This document shows, piece by piece, positions 54,154 through 63,190 of a DNA stretch of 64,000 nucleotides. The translations under genes and the position numbers were made by a program. The stretch lies in NCBI GenBank assembly GCA_019416865.1, contig DXWL01000001.1, positions 39,559 through 103,558 on the forward strand. Direction: 5' to 3'. This DNA comes from Fusobacterium sp. (lineage in GTDB: Bacteria > Fusobacteriota > Fusobacteriia > Fusobacteriales > Fusobacteriaceae). The notes below the pieces were generated by a model. It worked only from the letters and a program-made list of their open reading frames with translations. It made no database searches and was not told the origin of the DNA. Position 1 is the first letter of the stretch, and every line of letters starts with the position of its first letter.

Positions 54154-55032
54154 TTATTTTCTCATTATCTTTCTGGATTTATTAATAAAATAGTCGGCTA
54201 TTGTGTTAGTTACAAAACTTATTCCGAAAAGTACAAGCCCTACGGCAAACAGTATGTAGTAATGAGTACTTCCATTTACAACCTCTCCCATCTCTGCAGC
54301 TATTGTTGCTGTAAGAGTTCTTACTGGAGATAAAATTCCTCCTCCAAGAATAGGAGCATTTCCTGTTACCATTAAAACTGTTATTGTTTCACCTATTATT
54401 CTTCCAAATCCCAGCATTATTCCTGCAAATATTCCTGGGAAAGCTGCAGGGATTATTATTTTTACTATTGTTTCCAACTTATTTGCTCCTATTGCCAGTG
54501 AAGCTTCTTTATAAGAAGGATCCAAAGCCCTTATAGCATCATCTGAGATACTTACCATTGTAGGAATTGCCATAAATGAAAGAAGTATTCCTCCAGTTAA
54601 TGCTGTAAGCCCTGTGTTAAGATTAAATATCTCTTTAACAGGTCCTGACAGAGCATATAGCCCTATATATCCTAAAACTACTGAAGGAAGAGCTGACATT
54701 GTTTCAATAAGTATTTTAAATATATCTCTTGTTTTCTTTCCTGCATATTCAGACATATATACTGCACTCATAATACTTATAGGCACTGATATTGCAAGAG
54801 CCACAAAAGTTACACGGAATGTTCCTGAAAGAAGAGGAAGCAGTCCATACTTTTCTGAAAGAGAAATCCACTCTTTTCCAAAAAAGAATTTTGAAACTGG
54901 AACTTCTTTAAAAGCTTCCATACTGTTTGTTAGTATAAATAAAAATATTAAAAAAACTATTATTACATTAAATCCGCCTATTGCAAATATACTGTATTTC
55001 ATACATTTGTCTGTTACTTTTCTCAGATTCAT
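54154..55032 (-). CDS. pstC: Phosphate ABC transporter permease
   Basis: LPSVVLG, GRIIGET and TLTATIA motifs. Confidence 0.95.
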   Translation of the reverse strand: MNLRKVTDKCMKYSIFAIGGFNVIIVFLIFLFILTNSMEAFKEVPVSKFFFGKEWISLSEKYGLLPLLSGTFRVTFVALAISVPISIMSAVYMSEYAGKKTRDIFKILIETMSALPSVVLGYIGLYALSGPVKEIFNLNTGLTALTGGILLSFMAIPTMVSISDDAIRALDPSYKEASLAIGANKLETIVKIIIPAAFPGIFAGIMLGFGRIIGETITVLMVTGNAPILGGGILSPVRTLTATIAAEMGEVVNGSTHYYILFAVGLVLFGISFVTNTIADYFINKSRKIMRK

Positions 55033-55104
55033 TTTCTACCCCTCTTAACTAAAATTATCATTCCTTTTATTCTGTCCAATTTTAACTCTTAGGTGTTGGA
55101 ATAA

Positions 55105-55132
55105 TATTAATTTTATGTAAAAAAAGTGTAAA
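55105..55132 (-). promoter_or_regulatory. Putative Pho boxes
   Basis: TTTACA, TTTACA and TTAATA at an exact 11-bp period upstream of pstC. Confidence 0.6.
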
Positions 55133-55196
55133 AAAAACAGGGACTGCTGCAGTCATATAATGCAGAAATCCCTTTTGCTGTTTAAGTATATAAAAT

Positions 55197-55221
55197 AAAA
55201 AAAGACACATTTCTGTGTCTT
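55197..55221 (-). terminator. Terminator of the tRNA operon
   Basis: AAGACACA/TGTGTCTT hairpin with a U-run. Confidence 0.7.
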
Positions 55222-55234
55222 GTTGTTTTTATAA

Positions 55235-55311
55235 TGGCGGGAGCGACGAGAGTCGAACTCGCGACCTCCTGCGTGACAGGCAGGCGCTCTAACCAACTGA
55301 GCTACGCCCCC
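55235..55311 (-). tRNA. tRNA-Asp(GTC)
   Basis: Cloverleaf; anticodon arm CCTGC-CTGTCAC-GCAGG; encoded CCA. Confidence 0.95.
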
Positions 55312-55320
55312 ATTAATAAA

Positions 55321-55396
55321 TGGTGGTCGCAATAGGACTTGAACCTATGACCCCCTGCTTGTAAGGCAGGTGCTCTCCCAACTGAGCTATGCGACC
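55321..55396 (-). tRNA. tRNA-Val(TAC)
   Basis: Anticodon arm CCTGC-CTTACAA-GCAGG; CCA. Confidence 0.95.
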
Positions 55397-55410
55397 ATAT
55401 TTAATTTTAG

Positions 55411-55486
55411 TGGTGCTCAGAGGCGGAATCGAACCACCGACACGGGGATTTTCAGTCCCCTGCTCTACCGACTGAGCTATCTGAGC
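55411..55486 (-). tRNA. tRNA-Phe(GAA)
   Basis: Anticodon arm GGGGA-CTGAAAA-TCCCC; CCA. Confidence 0.95.
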
Positions 55487-55499
55487 ATTTATAAAAAAA

Positions 55500-55583
55500 T
55501 GGCGGAGAACTAGAGACTCGAACTCTAAAGCCTTACGGCGTCGGTTTTCAAGACCGATTCCTTACCAATTAGGATAGCTCTCC
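55500..55583 (-). tRNA. tRNA-Ser(TGA)
   Basis: Anticodon arm TCGGT-CTTGAAA-ACCGA; long variable arm; G73; CCA. Confidence 0.95.
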
Positions 55584-55601
55584 GTATCATTGATTATATA
55601 G

Positions 55602-55676
55602 TGGTACCCCGTAGGGGAATCGAACCCCTGTTTCCAGAGTGAAAATCTGATGTCCTAACCGTTGAACGAACGGGGC
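55602..55676 (-). tRNA. tRNA-Glu(TTC)
   Basis: Anticodon arm TCAGA-TTTTCAC-TCTGG; CCA. Confidence 0.95.
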
Positions 55677-55681
55677 ATGAG

Positions 55682-55758
55682 TGGTGGATCTAATTGGAAT
55701 CGAACCAATGACCACTCGGTTATGAGCCGAGTGCTCTAACCAGCTGAGCTATAGATCC
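55682..55758 (-). tRNA. tRNA-CAT, probably Ile2 (lysidine-modified)
   Basis: Anticodon arm CTCGG-CTCATAA-CCGAG. The GGATCTA acceptor resembles Ile2 tRNAs more than elongator Met. Confidence 0.85.
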
Positions 55759-55772
55759 ATTTTATTTTTTAA

Positions 55773-55849
<77 letters not shown>

Positions 55850-55854
55850 ATAAA

Positions 55855-55930
55855 TGGTGCGTCATACTGGATTTGAACCAGTGACAACACGATTAAAAGT
55901 CGTGTGCTCTACCTACTGAGCTAATGACGC
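55855..55930 (-). tRNA. tRNA-Lys(TTT)
   Basis: Anticodon arm CACGA-CTTTTAA-TCGTG; CCA. Confidence 0.95.
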
Positions 55931-55932
55931 AA

Positions 55933-56008
<76 letters not shown>

Positions 56009-56048
56009 ATATGTTATAATTATCCACTACTTTCAATATATTAAATTT

Positions 56049-56124
56049 TGGTGGCGGGGATAGGATTTGAACCTATGACCTTCGGGTTATGAGCCCGACG
56101 AGCTGCCAACTGCTCTACCCCGCG
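56049..56124 (-). tRNA. Initiator tRNA-fMet(CAT)
   Basis: CGCGGGG 5' end with an unpaired C1/C72; three G-C pairs in the anticodon stem (TCGGG-CTCATAA-CCCGA). Confidence 0.95.
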
Positions 56125-56127
56125 AAA

Positions 56128-56215
56128 TGGTGCCTAGAGCCGGAATCGAACCGGCACGGTACTAAGTACCACGGGATTTTAAGTCCCGTGCGTCTACCTG
56201 TTCCGCCATCCAGGC
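56128..56215 (-). tRNA. tRNA-Leu(TAA)
   Basis: Anticodon arm CGGGA-CTTAAAA-TCCCG; long variable arm; CCA. Confidence 0.95.
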
Positions 56216-56266
56216 TTCTTAAGTTTTGCTGAACTTTTTCAAGTCCGTTTTCTCAAGACAAGAGTA

Positions 56267-56295
56267 ATAATACCATATATATCATTATCTGTCAA
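56267..56295 (-). promoter_or_regulatory. Promoter of the tRNA operon
   Basis: TTGACA-17-TATTAT with an AT-rich UP region. Confidence 0.8.
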
Positions 56296-56375
56296 CAATT
56301 TTTTTTATTTTTTTAAAAAAATTTTTTTATGCTTCGTTTTTTTCAATAATATCAATGCTTTCTTCAAATAAAAAA

Positions 56376-56699
56376 TTATAAATTTATTTTTATATTTAAT
56401 CTGTTTTCTGCCTCTATAATAAAAAATTTTTTATTTTTTTCATCTAAAATTTTATTTTCTTTCTCTTTTTTTGAAAAATTTTTTATAAAATATTCTAATT
56501 TTGATGCTTCACTTCTATTATTTGTCTGAAAAACAATTTCTATCTTCAAAGGTTTCCTATTTTTTGTATATTTTGCCCCTCTTCCACTTTTATGTTCCTC
56601 AAATCTCCTTGCAACATCTGTAGTTATTCCTGTATATAAAGAGTTATCCTCACACCTTACCATGTACACATACCATTTTTTTTGATTGATATCATTCAT
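56376..56699 (-). CDS. Small GIY-YIG nuclease family protein (UPF0213)
   Basis: WYVYMVRCEDNSLYTGIT, RF.EH and GAKYT motifs. Confidence 0.9.
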   Translation of the reverse strand: MNDINQKKWYVYMVRCEDNSLYTGITTDVARRFEEHKSGRGAKYTKNRKPLKIEIVFQTNNRSEASKLEYFIKNFSKKEKENKILDEKNKKFFIIEAENRLNIKINL

Positions 56700-56832
56700 A
56701 ATTTATATACCTCTTTTGCTTTTTTTTTAAATTTTTTCTACAACTTTTACGGGATATAAGCTATAATTTAAAATGAGATAATTTTTCATACAACATAGTT
56801 TAACATAGATTTAAGAAATGGGGAGGATTTTT

Positions 56833-58161
56833 TTGGATAATTTTAAGGGAGAAAGAGAAGTCAGAATTTATGAATTAGCTGTTACACTGTTTGCAATAAC
56901 AGTTTTTGCTTTCAGCTGCTATGTATATCATCTGAAAGAAGATGTTTATCAAGGATTGATAAATATCATAAGCTCTCCTGCAGCTCTTATTACAGACTTT
57001 CTTGTAATAGGTGGAATTGGAGCAGGATTTTTAAATGCCATACTTATTTTTTTCTTCAATCTTTTTTTAATCAGAATGCTGAAAATAAAAATAAATGGTC
57101 TTATCTTGGCACTGCTTTTTACAACTTTTGGTTTCTGTTTTTTTGGAAAAAATATTCTTAATATACTTCCTATATATGTAGGAGGAATCTTATACAGCAA
57201 ATATGAAGATATCTCTTTTAAAGATGCTTTTGTCCCTATAACCTTTGCCACTGCCTTAGCACCATTTATCAGTGAAATTGCTTTCAGGACAAATACCTAT
57301 GAATTCTCATATCTTAATGCTGTTACTTTAGGAATAATAATTGGATTTATTGTTACTCCTCTGGCAAAGAAAATGAAAGGCTTCCATGAGGGATACAACT
57401 TATATAATCTTGGGTTTACTGCTGGAGTTTTAGGAGCTGTATTTAACAGTATTCTTAAAACTTATGGTTTTGAAGTTGCTTCCAGAAGAATACTTTCTAC
57501 ACAGTTTGACCCTGCCTTAAAAATAATATGCAGCAGTATTTTCCTGCTTCTTATTATAAATGGATTTTTTATAAATGACTGTTCTTTTAAAGGTTTTAAA
57601 AAATTATGTAAAGATAACGGGCTTGAATCAGACTTTGTTGAAAAATATGGTTTTGGACTTACTTTTATAAATATGGGAATTATGGGATTTGTAGCAATTC
57701 TTTTTCCTACAATCATAGGTGAAACACTTAACGGACCTATGCTTGCAGGTGTATTTACCATTGTAGGATTCTCTGCTCATGGAAAAACTTGTTTTAACAC
57801 TATCCCTATTCTTTTGGGAATCCTTTTTGCAGGATATACAAATGTAAATGATGATTATTTTACTATTGTTCTTTCAGGGCTTTTTGCCACATCTCTTGCA
57901 CCTATTACAGGAGTCTTCGGAATATTTTGGGGATTTGTGGCAGGATGGCTTCATATGGCTGTTGTAAGCAGTATAGGGGTTCTGCACGGGGGAATGAACC
58001 TTTATAACAATGGTTTTGCTGCAGGGATTGTAGCAGGGTTTATGCTTCCTATTGTAAGAACAGTAAATGCACAGGCTGCAAAAAGAGAAATGAAATTCCT
58101 TAAGAAGAGAAAAGAGATTATATCTATTATTGAAAAACATAAATTAAAAGGCAGTGAATAA
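56833..58161 (+). CDS. DUF1576-like integral membrane protein
   Basis: Internal repeat (LITDF, GFCFFGKN / GFSAHGK, NLYNLGF / NLYNNGF). Likely TTG start after the RBS GGGAGG. Confidence 0.75.
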   Translation: MDNFKGEREVRIYELAVTLFAITVFAFSCYVYHLKEDVYQGLINIISSPAALITDFLVIGGIGAGFLNAILIFFFNLFLIRMLKIKINGLILALLFTTFGFCFFGKNILNILPIYVGGILYSKYEDISFKDAFVPITFATALAPFISEIAFRTNTYEFSYLNAVTLGIIIGFIVTPLAKKMKGFHEGYNLYNLGFTAGVLGAVFNSILKTYGFEVASRRILSTQFDPALKIICSSIFLLLIINGFFINDCSFKGFKKLCKDNGLESDFVEKYGFGLTFINMGIMGFVAILFPTIIGETLNGPMLAGVFTIVGFSAHGKTCFNTIPILLGILFAGYTNVNDDYFTIVLSGLFATSLAPITGVFGIFWGFVAGWLHMAVVSSIGVLHGGMNLYNNGFAAGIVAGFMLPIVRTVNAQAAKREMKFLKKRKEIISIIEKHKLKGSE

Positions 58162-58254
58162 TTTTTAAAACAAAAATTTTTATAATATCTTTTAACCTCT
58201 CCTGCAATTTGGTATAATTGTTCAATACAAATTTTTTTATTGTGGGGTGGTAAA

Positions 58255-58941
58255 ATGAATGCAATATTACTCAATGGGTTTAGTATATGTTTAGGAGGAG
58301 TAGTTGGATATTTTTTCAAAAATCACAACTCCCCAAAAACCAGCAAAGCTGTCATAACAATTATGGGACTTCAAATTATTGTTATGGGAATGAAAGATGC
58401 CCTTCAATATGAAAATGGAATGCTTAATATTATCTATCTTGTAATAGGTACTGTTATTGGAGAATTTATTGATATTGATAAAAGATTAAGAAGTATAGGT
58501 TTTCTTCTGCAAAATAGACTGTCAAAAAATAATCTTAATTTTGTAAAAGGATTTATCACAGCCACACTTATCTTCTGCATTGGTTCAATGGCTATTATCG
58601 GCTCTCTTAAAATTGCTCTTGAAGGGGACAGTGATATTACATATGTAAAAGCTATTTTAGACGGAATTATGGCAATGCTTCTTGCTTCAACTTATGGCTT
58701 GGGAGTTTTGTTTTCTGCTTTTATAGTTGTAATCTATCAAGGAGGTATTTTCTTTCTTGCAGGACTTTTGAAAACAGTATCAAATCCATATGTATTAAAT
58801 CAACTTTCATCAATAGGCGGAGTCCTTCTTCTCGGCTTGGGAGTTACTCTTGTTTTTGAAAGAGATGATATAAAGATAAGCAATATGCTTCCAGCAATGT
58901 TTCTTCCTGTTATCACAGCTGTTATAAAAAATTTTCTTTAA
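58255..58941 (+). CDS. DUF554 family membrane protein
   Basis: FCIGSMAIIG, KAILDG and NMLPA motifs. Confidence 0.85.
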   Translation: MNAILLNGFSICLGGVVGYFFKNHNSPKTSKAVITIMGLQIIVMGMKDALQYENGMLNIIYLVIGTVIGEFIDIDKRLRSIGFLLQNRLSKNNLNFVKGFITATLIFCIGSMAIIGSLKIALEGDSDITYVKAILDGIMAMLLASTYGLGVLFSAFIVVIYQGGIFFLAGLLKTVSNPYVLNQLSSIGGVLLLGLGVTLVFERDDIKISNMLPAMFLPVITAVIKNFL

Positions 58942-58956
58942 ATAAAATCTATCAAA

Positions 58957-58979
58957 AAAGGAGGCATAAGCCTCCTTTT
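58957..58979. terminator. Bidirectional terminator between the DUF554 gene and tsaD
   Basis: AAAAGGAGGC-ataa-GCCTCCTTTT hairpin. Confidence 0.75.
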
Positions 58980-58982
58980 ATA

Positions 58983-59996
58983 TTAATCGATTTCATCTGC
59001 TATATTAAGTGTTGCTATTCCATTTAAAGAAAGATTTTCTTTAGGCTCGTATCCATTCATAAGCTTATGATATGCAGCTATTGCAATCATAGCTCCATTA
59101 TCTGTACAAAGCTTCATTGAAGGATAACTTACCTCTATACCTTTCTCCTGTCCCTTTTCAGCCAGTTGTTTTCTAAGAAGAGAGTTTGCTGCCACTCCCC
59201 CTGCAATTATAATCTGTTTTACATTTTTATCATCACAGGCTTTTAAAACTTTTTTACAAAGAATATCAACTATTGTTTTTTGAAGAGAAGCTGCCAAATC
59301 CTCTTTTTTAAATTCTTCACCCTTCATTCTCATCTTGTTTACATAGTTTATTACATTTGTTTTTACACCTGAAAAACTAAATTCATACTCTCCAACTTTC
59401 GGCTCTGGAATTTTTAAAAAATCAGGATCTCCCTCATAATACATTCTGTCTATTACAGGCCCTCCTGGATAACCTATTCCAATCACCCTTGCAACCTTAT
59501 CCATAGTTTCTCCCACAGCATCATCAAGAGTTCCTCCAAGATTTGTGAACTTATGGTTTTCATCAATATGGATAATATTAGTATGCCCTCCTGACACTAC
59601 AAGGGCAATGCATGGAAGTTTTACATCATGTTCTGCAAAGTTTGCATATATATGTCCCTTTATATGATGAACAGGAACAAGAGGAATATTATGCCCATAA
59701 GAAAGTCCTTTTGCAAAAGATACTCCCACAAGAAGAGCCCCTATAAGCCCCGGTGCATAAGTAACTGCTATATAATCTATATCATCAAGAGTTACCCCTG
59801 CCTGTGCAAGACTTTCATCTAAAATTGCCGCAATATTTTTTATATGCTGTCTTGAGGCTATTTCTGGAACAACCCCTCCATATTGTTTATGTATCTCTAT
59901 CTGTGAAGATATGTTGTTTGATAATATCTCTTTTCCATCTCTTACTACTGCAATGGAAGTTTCATCACATGATGATTCTATTCCTAAAATTAACAT
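58983..59996 (-). CDS. tsaD: tRNA N6-threonylcarbamoyltransferase TsaD
   Basis: GIESSCDET, GGVVPE, HHIKGH, VSGGHT and DNGAMI motifs. Confidence 0.97.
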   Translation of the reverse strand: MLILGIESSCDETSIAVVRDGKEILSNNISSQIEIHKQYGGVVPEIASRQHIKNIAAILDESLAQAGVTLDDIDYIAVTYAPGLIGALLVGVSFAKGLSYGHNIPLVPVHHIKGHIYANFAEHDVKLPCIALVVSGGHTNIIHIDENHKFTNLGGTLDDAVGETMDKVARVIGIGYPGGPVIDRMYYEGDPDFLKIPEPKVGEYEFSFSGVKTNVINYVNKMRMKGEEFKKEDLAASLQKTIVDILCKKVLKACDDKNVKQIIIAGGVAANSLLRKQLAEKGQEKGIEVSYPSMKLCTDNGAMIAIAAYHKLMNGYEPKENLSLNGIATLNIADEID

Positions 59997-60012
59997 TTTT
60001 CACCTCTCTTTA

Positions 60013-60180
60013 ATTATAAAAGATAAAATTCTCTAAGAAAAAATATCAGCTATTTATATTGCTCATTTCACTAAAAATGATAAACTCAGGCGTTGCCCTC
60101 AAACATATCATTTTTTAGCGTTCAATTCGCTGCATAAATTACGCAGATATTTTTAATACCGAGAATTTTATTTCTATAAT
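60013..60180 (-). repeat. Structured interspersed element, copy 1
   Basis: Nested inverted repeats bounded by ATAAAATTCTC/GAGAATTTTAT; homologous to the reverse complement of 61117-61286. Confidence 0.85.
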
Positions 60181-60271
60181 TTTTTAGTAAATATAATACT
60201 CATTTAATAATTATATCATATTTCTTCAATCACTAGTTAATTTTCTTTAGCTAAACAAAAGGAACATTTTT

Positions 60272-61087
60272 TTACAATTCATGAAATTCTGGTTTTTTCT
60301 TTGTGAAAGTACAAAAATGTGTAAATCCCAGTGATTTTAAAAGCTCTCTTGCTTCTTGAAAATCTTTTGCTATATCCTCTGCTCTGTGAGCATCAGAACC
60401 AAGTGTGATTATCTCTCCTCCAAGCTCTTTATATCTTTTAAGAAGCTCTCTGCATGGATGAAAATCTCCAACCTTATATCTTATTCCCGAAGTATTTATT
60501 TCAAGCCCTATTTTTTTCTCAATAAGTTTTTTAAAAATTTTATCAAGAAGCTCTCTATGATATTCAAGATTCAACTCTTTATGATCAGGGAAAAATGCTC
60601 CTCCATATCTTCTGATATAGTCAATATGCCCATAGGTATTTATTCCATCATATATCTCCAGATTTTCCAAAATATTTTCAAAATATCTGTGATGAAGTTC
60701 ATCTTTATTTTTAAATCTTTTATAAAGACTGCTCACTGATGAGTCCAGCCCATCTACAGCATGAGAAGAACCTATTAAAAAATCATATTCATCAGATTTT
60801 AAAATATGCTCAAATCTTTTATAAAGCTGTGGCTGAAGTCCAAGCTCCATTCCGATTTTAAGATTTATTCTGTCTTTGTATTTTTCTTTCAGAGCTTTTA
60901 AATCTTTCAGATATTCCTTTGTATCAAATACAAAATAGTCGTCCTCTTCTCTGTCTGCATAATCCATATGATCTGTAATTGTTATCTCATCAAGCCCAAG
61001 CTCTATTGCTCTCTCTATTATATTTTCCAGTTTCTCATTGGAATCTGTTGAGAAACAAGAATGTATATGCGAATCTCCCTTATACAT
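60272..61087 (-). CDS. PHP-family phosphatase (histidinol-phosphatase HisJ/HisK-like)
   Basis: DSHIHS, TDH, GSSH, LEINTS and GSDAH motifs; start moved to MYKGD. Confidence 0.85.
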   Translation of the reverse strand: MYKGDSHIHSCFSTDSNEKLENIIERAIELGLDEITITDHMDYADREEDDYFVFDTKEYLKDLKALKEKYKDRINLKIGMELGLQPQLYKRFEHILKSDEYDFLIGSSHAVDGLDSSVSSLYKRFKNKDELHHRYFENILENLEIYDGINTYGHIDYIRRYGGAFFPDHKELNLEYHRELLDKIFKKLIEKKIGLEINTSGIRYKVGDFHPCRELLKRYKELGGEIITLGSDAHRAEDIAKDFQEARELLKSLGFTHFCTFTKKKPEFHEL

Positions 61088-61116
61088 CTTTCTCCTTCCT
61101 TTACGTTGTAAAAAAT

Positions 61117-61286
61117 AAAGTTGATATAATAAAATTCTCAGTATTAAAAACATTTGCGTAATTTATGCAGTGAAACAGAATACTGAAAATTTGATGTCTG
61201 AGTGAAACGAGTTTCAAATTTTCTTTCTGTGAGCAATATAAATAGCATGATGCTTTTTTTAGAGAATTTTATTTTATATCGACTTT
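61117..61286 (+). repeat. Structured interspersed element, copy 2 (inverted relative to copy 1)
   Basis: Same terminal stem and conserved TGCGTAATTTATGCAG, TGTYTGAG..GAGTTT and GAGCAATATAAATAGC blocks. Confidence 0.85.
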
Positions 61287-61296
61287 TTAGCTCTCT

Positions 61297-62655
61297 CTAG
61301 TTTTTAAAGCTGTGAATTGGAGCAGGAACTCTTCCTCCTCTGTTGATAAATCTCTCACAGCTGAATTTATTTACAGGCATAATAGGTGCGTGACCTAAAA
61401 GTCCTCCAAATTCAACCTGTTCTCCAACACCTTTTCCTATTACAGGAATAAGTCTTGCAGCAGTTGTTTTATTATTTATCATACCAATTGCAGATTCATC
61501 AGCAATTATTCCTGAAATTGTAGCTGCTGAAGTATCTCCAGGTATAGCTATCATATCAAGTCCAACAGAACATACACAAGTCATAGCCTCAAGTTTTTCA
61601 AGAGTAAGTGCTCCTATTTCAGCTGCAGTTATCATAGCATGGTCTTCACTTACTGGAATAAATGCTCCGCTAAGTCCTCCCACATAAGATGAAGCCATTA
61701 CTCCACCTTTCTTAACATTGTCGTTAAGAATTGCCAAAGCTGCTGTTGTTCCAGGTGCTCCTGCGTGTTCAAGCCCCATCTCTTGGAAAATCTCTCCAAT
61801 ACTGTCACCAACTGCTGGAGTAGGTGCAAGAGATAAATCTATTATTCCAAAAGGTACATTCAATCTTCTTGCAGCTTCTTGAGCCACTATCTGTCCCACT
61901 CTTGTTATTTTAAAAGCTGTTTTCTTAACAGTTTCACAAAGCATTTCAAAATCTCCGTCCCTTACTTCCATAAGAGCTCTTTTTACAACTCCAGGTCCGC
62001 TGACACCTACATTTATTACACAGTCAGCTTCTCCAACACCGTGAAATGCTCCAGCCATAAATGGATTGTCTTCAACAGCATTACAGAATACAACAAGTTT
62101 TGCACAACCAATACTGTCATTATCTTTTGTCATTTCAGCTGTTTCTTTTATAACCTCTCCCATTCTCTTTATGGCGTCCATATTAAGTCCATTTCTTGAT
62201 GTTCCCACATTTATAGAAGAACATACTCTCTCTGTAACTGCAAGAGCTTCAGGAATAGAGTCGATAAGTTTTCTGTCTGAAGGAGTGCAGCCTTTGTGTA
62301 CAAGAGCTGAAAATCCTCCGATAAAGTTTACTCCGCAGTCTGCTGCTGCTCTGTCAAGAGTTTTAGCAATGCTTACATAAGAATCTGTTTTACATCCTGC
62401 TGCTGCTATTGCAATAGGTGTAACAGATATTCTCTTGTTTACAACAGGGATTCCAAATTGTTTTGCTATTTCATCTCCCACTTTTACCAAATCTTTTGCA
62501 TAAGTAGTAATTTTTTTATAAATATTTTCATTAAATTTATCCACATCAGGATCAGCACAGTCTATAAGACTTATACCCATTGTTATTGTACGAACATCTA
62601 GCTTAGCTTCAGCTATCATACGGTTAGTTTCCTGTATCTCTACTCTGGAAATCAT
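61297..62655 (-). CDS. UPF0210/DUF711 (PFL-like) protein
   Basis: [20 protein letters not shown] and CSVGLDM motifs. Confidence 0.92.
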   Translation of the reverse strand: MISRVEIQETNRMIAEAKLDVRTITMGISLIDCADPDVDKFNENIYKKITTYAKDLVKVGDEIAKQFGIPVVNKRISVTPIAIAAAGCKTDSYVSIAKTLDRAAADCGVNFIGGFSALVHKGCTPSDRKLIDSIPEALAVTERVCSSINVGTSRNGLNMDAIKRMGEVIKETAEMTKDNDSIGCAKLVVFCNAVEDNPFMAGAFHGVGEADCVINVGVSGPGVVKRALMEVRDGDFEMLCETVKKTAFKITRVGQIVAQEAARRLNVPFGIIDLSLAPTPAVGDSIGEIFQEMGLEHAGAPGTTAALAILNDNVKKGGVMASSYVGGLSGAFIPVSEDHAMITAAEIGALTLEKLEAMTCVCSVGLDMIAIPGDTSAATISGIIADESAIGMINNKTTAARLIPVIGKGVGEQVEFGGLLGHAPIMPVNKFSCERFINRGGRVPAPIHSFKN

Positions 62656-62689
62656 AAAAGTCCTCCTTGATTTTGTCGGTTATTTTTTA

Positions 62690-62959
62690 TTAAATACGAT
62701 GCATACAGTTGAATATATCTTCGTGTTGAGTTGTTATAATTACTCCAAGCTCTTTTCCTATTTCTGCAAGTTCTTCACTTACAACTTCCATAGATTTTAC
62801 AGATTCATTCATCTCAACAATCATCATCATATTAAAATAACCACTTACAATAGTTTGTGAAATATCAAGAATATTTACATTTACACTTGATAAATAAGTA
62901 CAAACTTTTGCAATAATCCCTACTTTATCTGTTCCCAAAACAGTAATAATACACTTCAT
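62690..62959 (-). CDS. ACT domain protein (UPF0237)
   Basis: ITVLGTDKVGII, NILDISQT and QHEDIF..MHRI motifs; RBS GGAGG. Confidence 0.92.
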   Translation of the reverse strand: MKCIITVLGTDKVGIIAKVCTYLSSVNVNILDISQTIVSGYFNMMMIVEMNESVKSMEVVSEELAEIGKELGVIITTQHEDIFNCMHRI

Positions 62960-63062
62960 CCTTACCTCCTGAATTCCTTTTTGTATTTTAATTTTATTTA
63001 TCCACAAATCAGTCTTTCAATTTATTATATCATTTATTCTCATCATTATGCAAAAAACTTAA

Positions 63063-63190
63063 GTGAACCTCTCCCACTTAAAATTACTTTGTAATTTTTG
63101 AAGTAGGAGCTTCTTCTTGGGAAGTAGTTGCTTTTGTTAGCCAGCTATATTTACCAAGCTATCCCCGTAGTTCCTACGGTTCTTTATTTT
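63063..63190 (-). ncRNA. Putative TnpB omega-RNA scaffold and IS200/IS605 right end
   Basis: Downstream of the tnpB stop: a CCGTAG/CTACGG hairpin, a CTTGG/CCAAG stem, the subterminal hairpin CTCCTACTT...AAGTGGGAG, then GGTTCAC. Confidence 0.7.

Noticed and set aside
55500..55583. tRNA with anticodon TGA read as a possible suppressor or selenocysteine tRNA
   Set aside because: Anticodon UGA reads UCA (Ser). A Sec or opal suppressor would need a TCA anticodon.
56376..56699. GIY-YIG gene beside the tRNA operon as a homing endonuclease or integrated element
   Set aside because: It is the short housekeeping UPF0213 type, with no intron, integrase or duplicated tRNA 3' end (att site) visible.
61088..61153. 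N-terminal extension of the PHP ORF given in the ORF track
   Set aside because: It runs into the repeat element, and an RBS (AGGAAGGAG) precedes the ATG at 61087.
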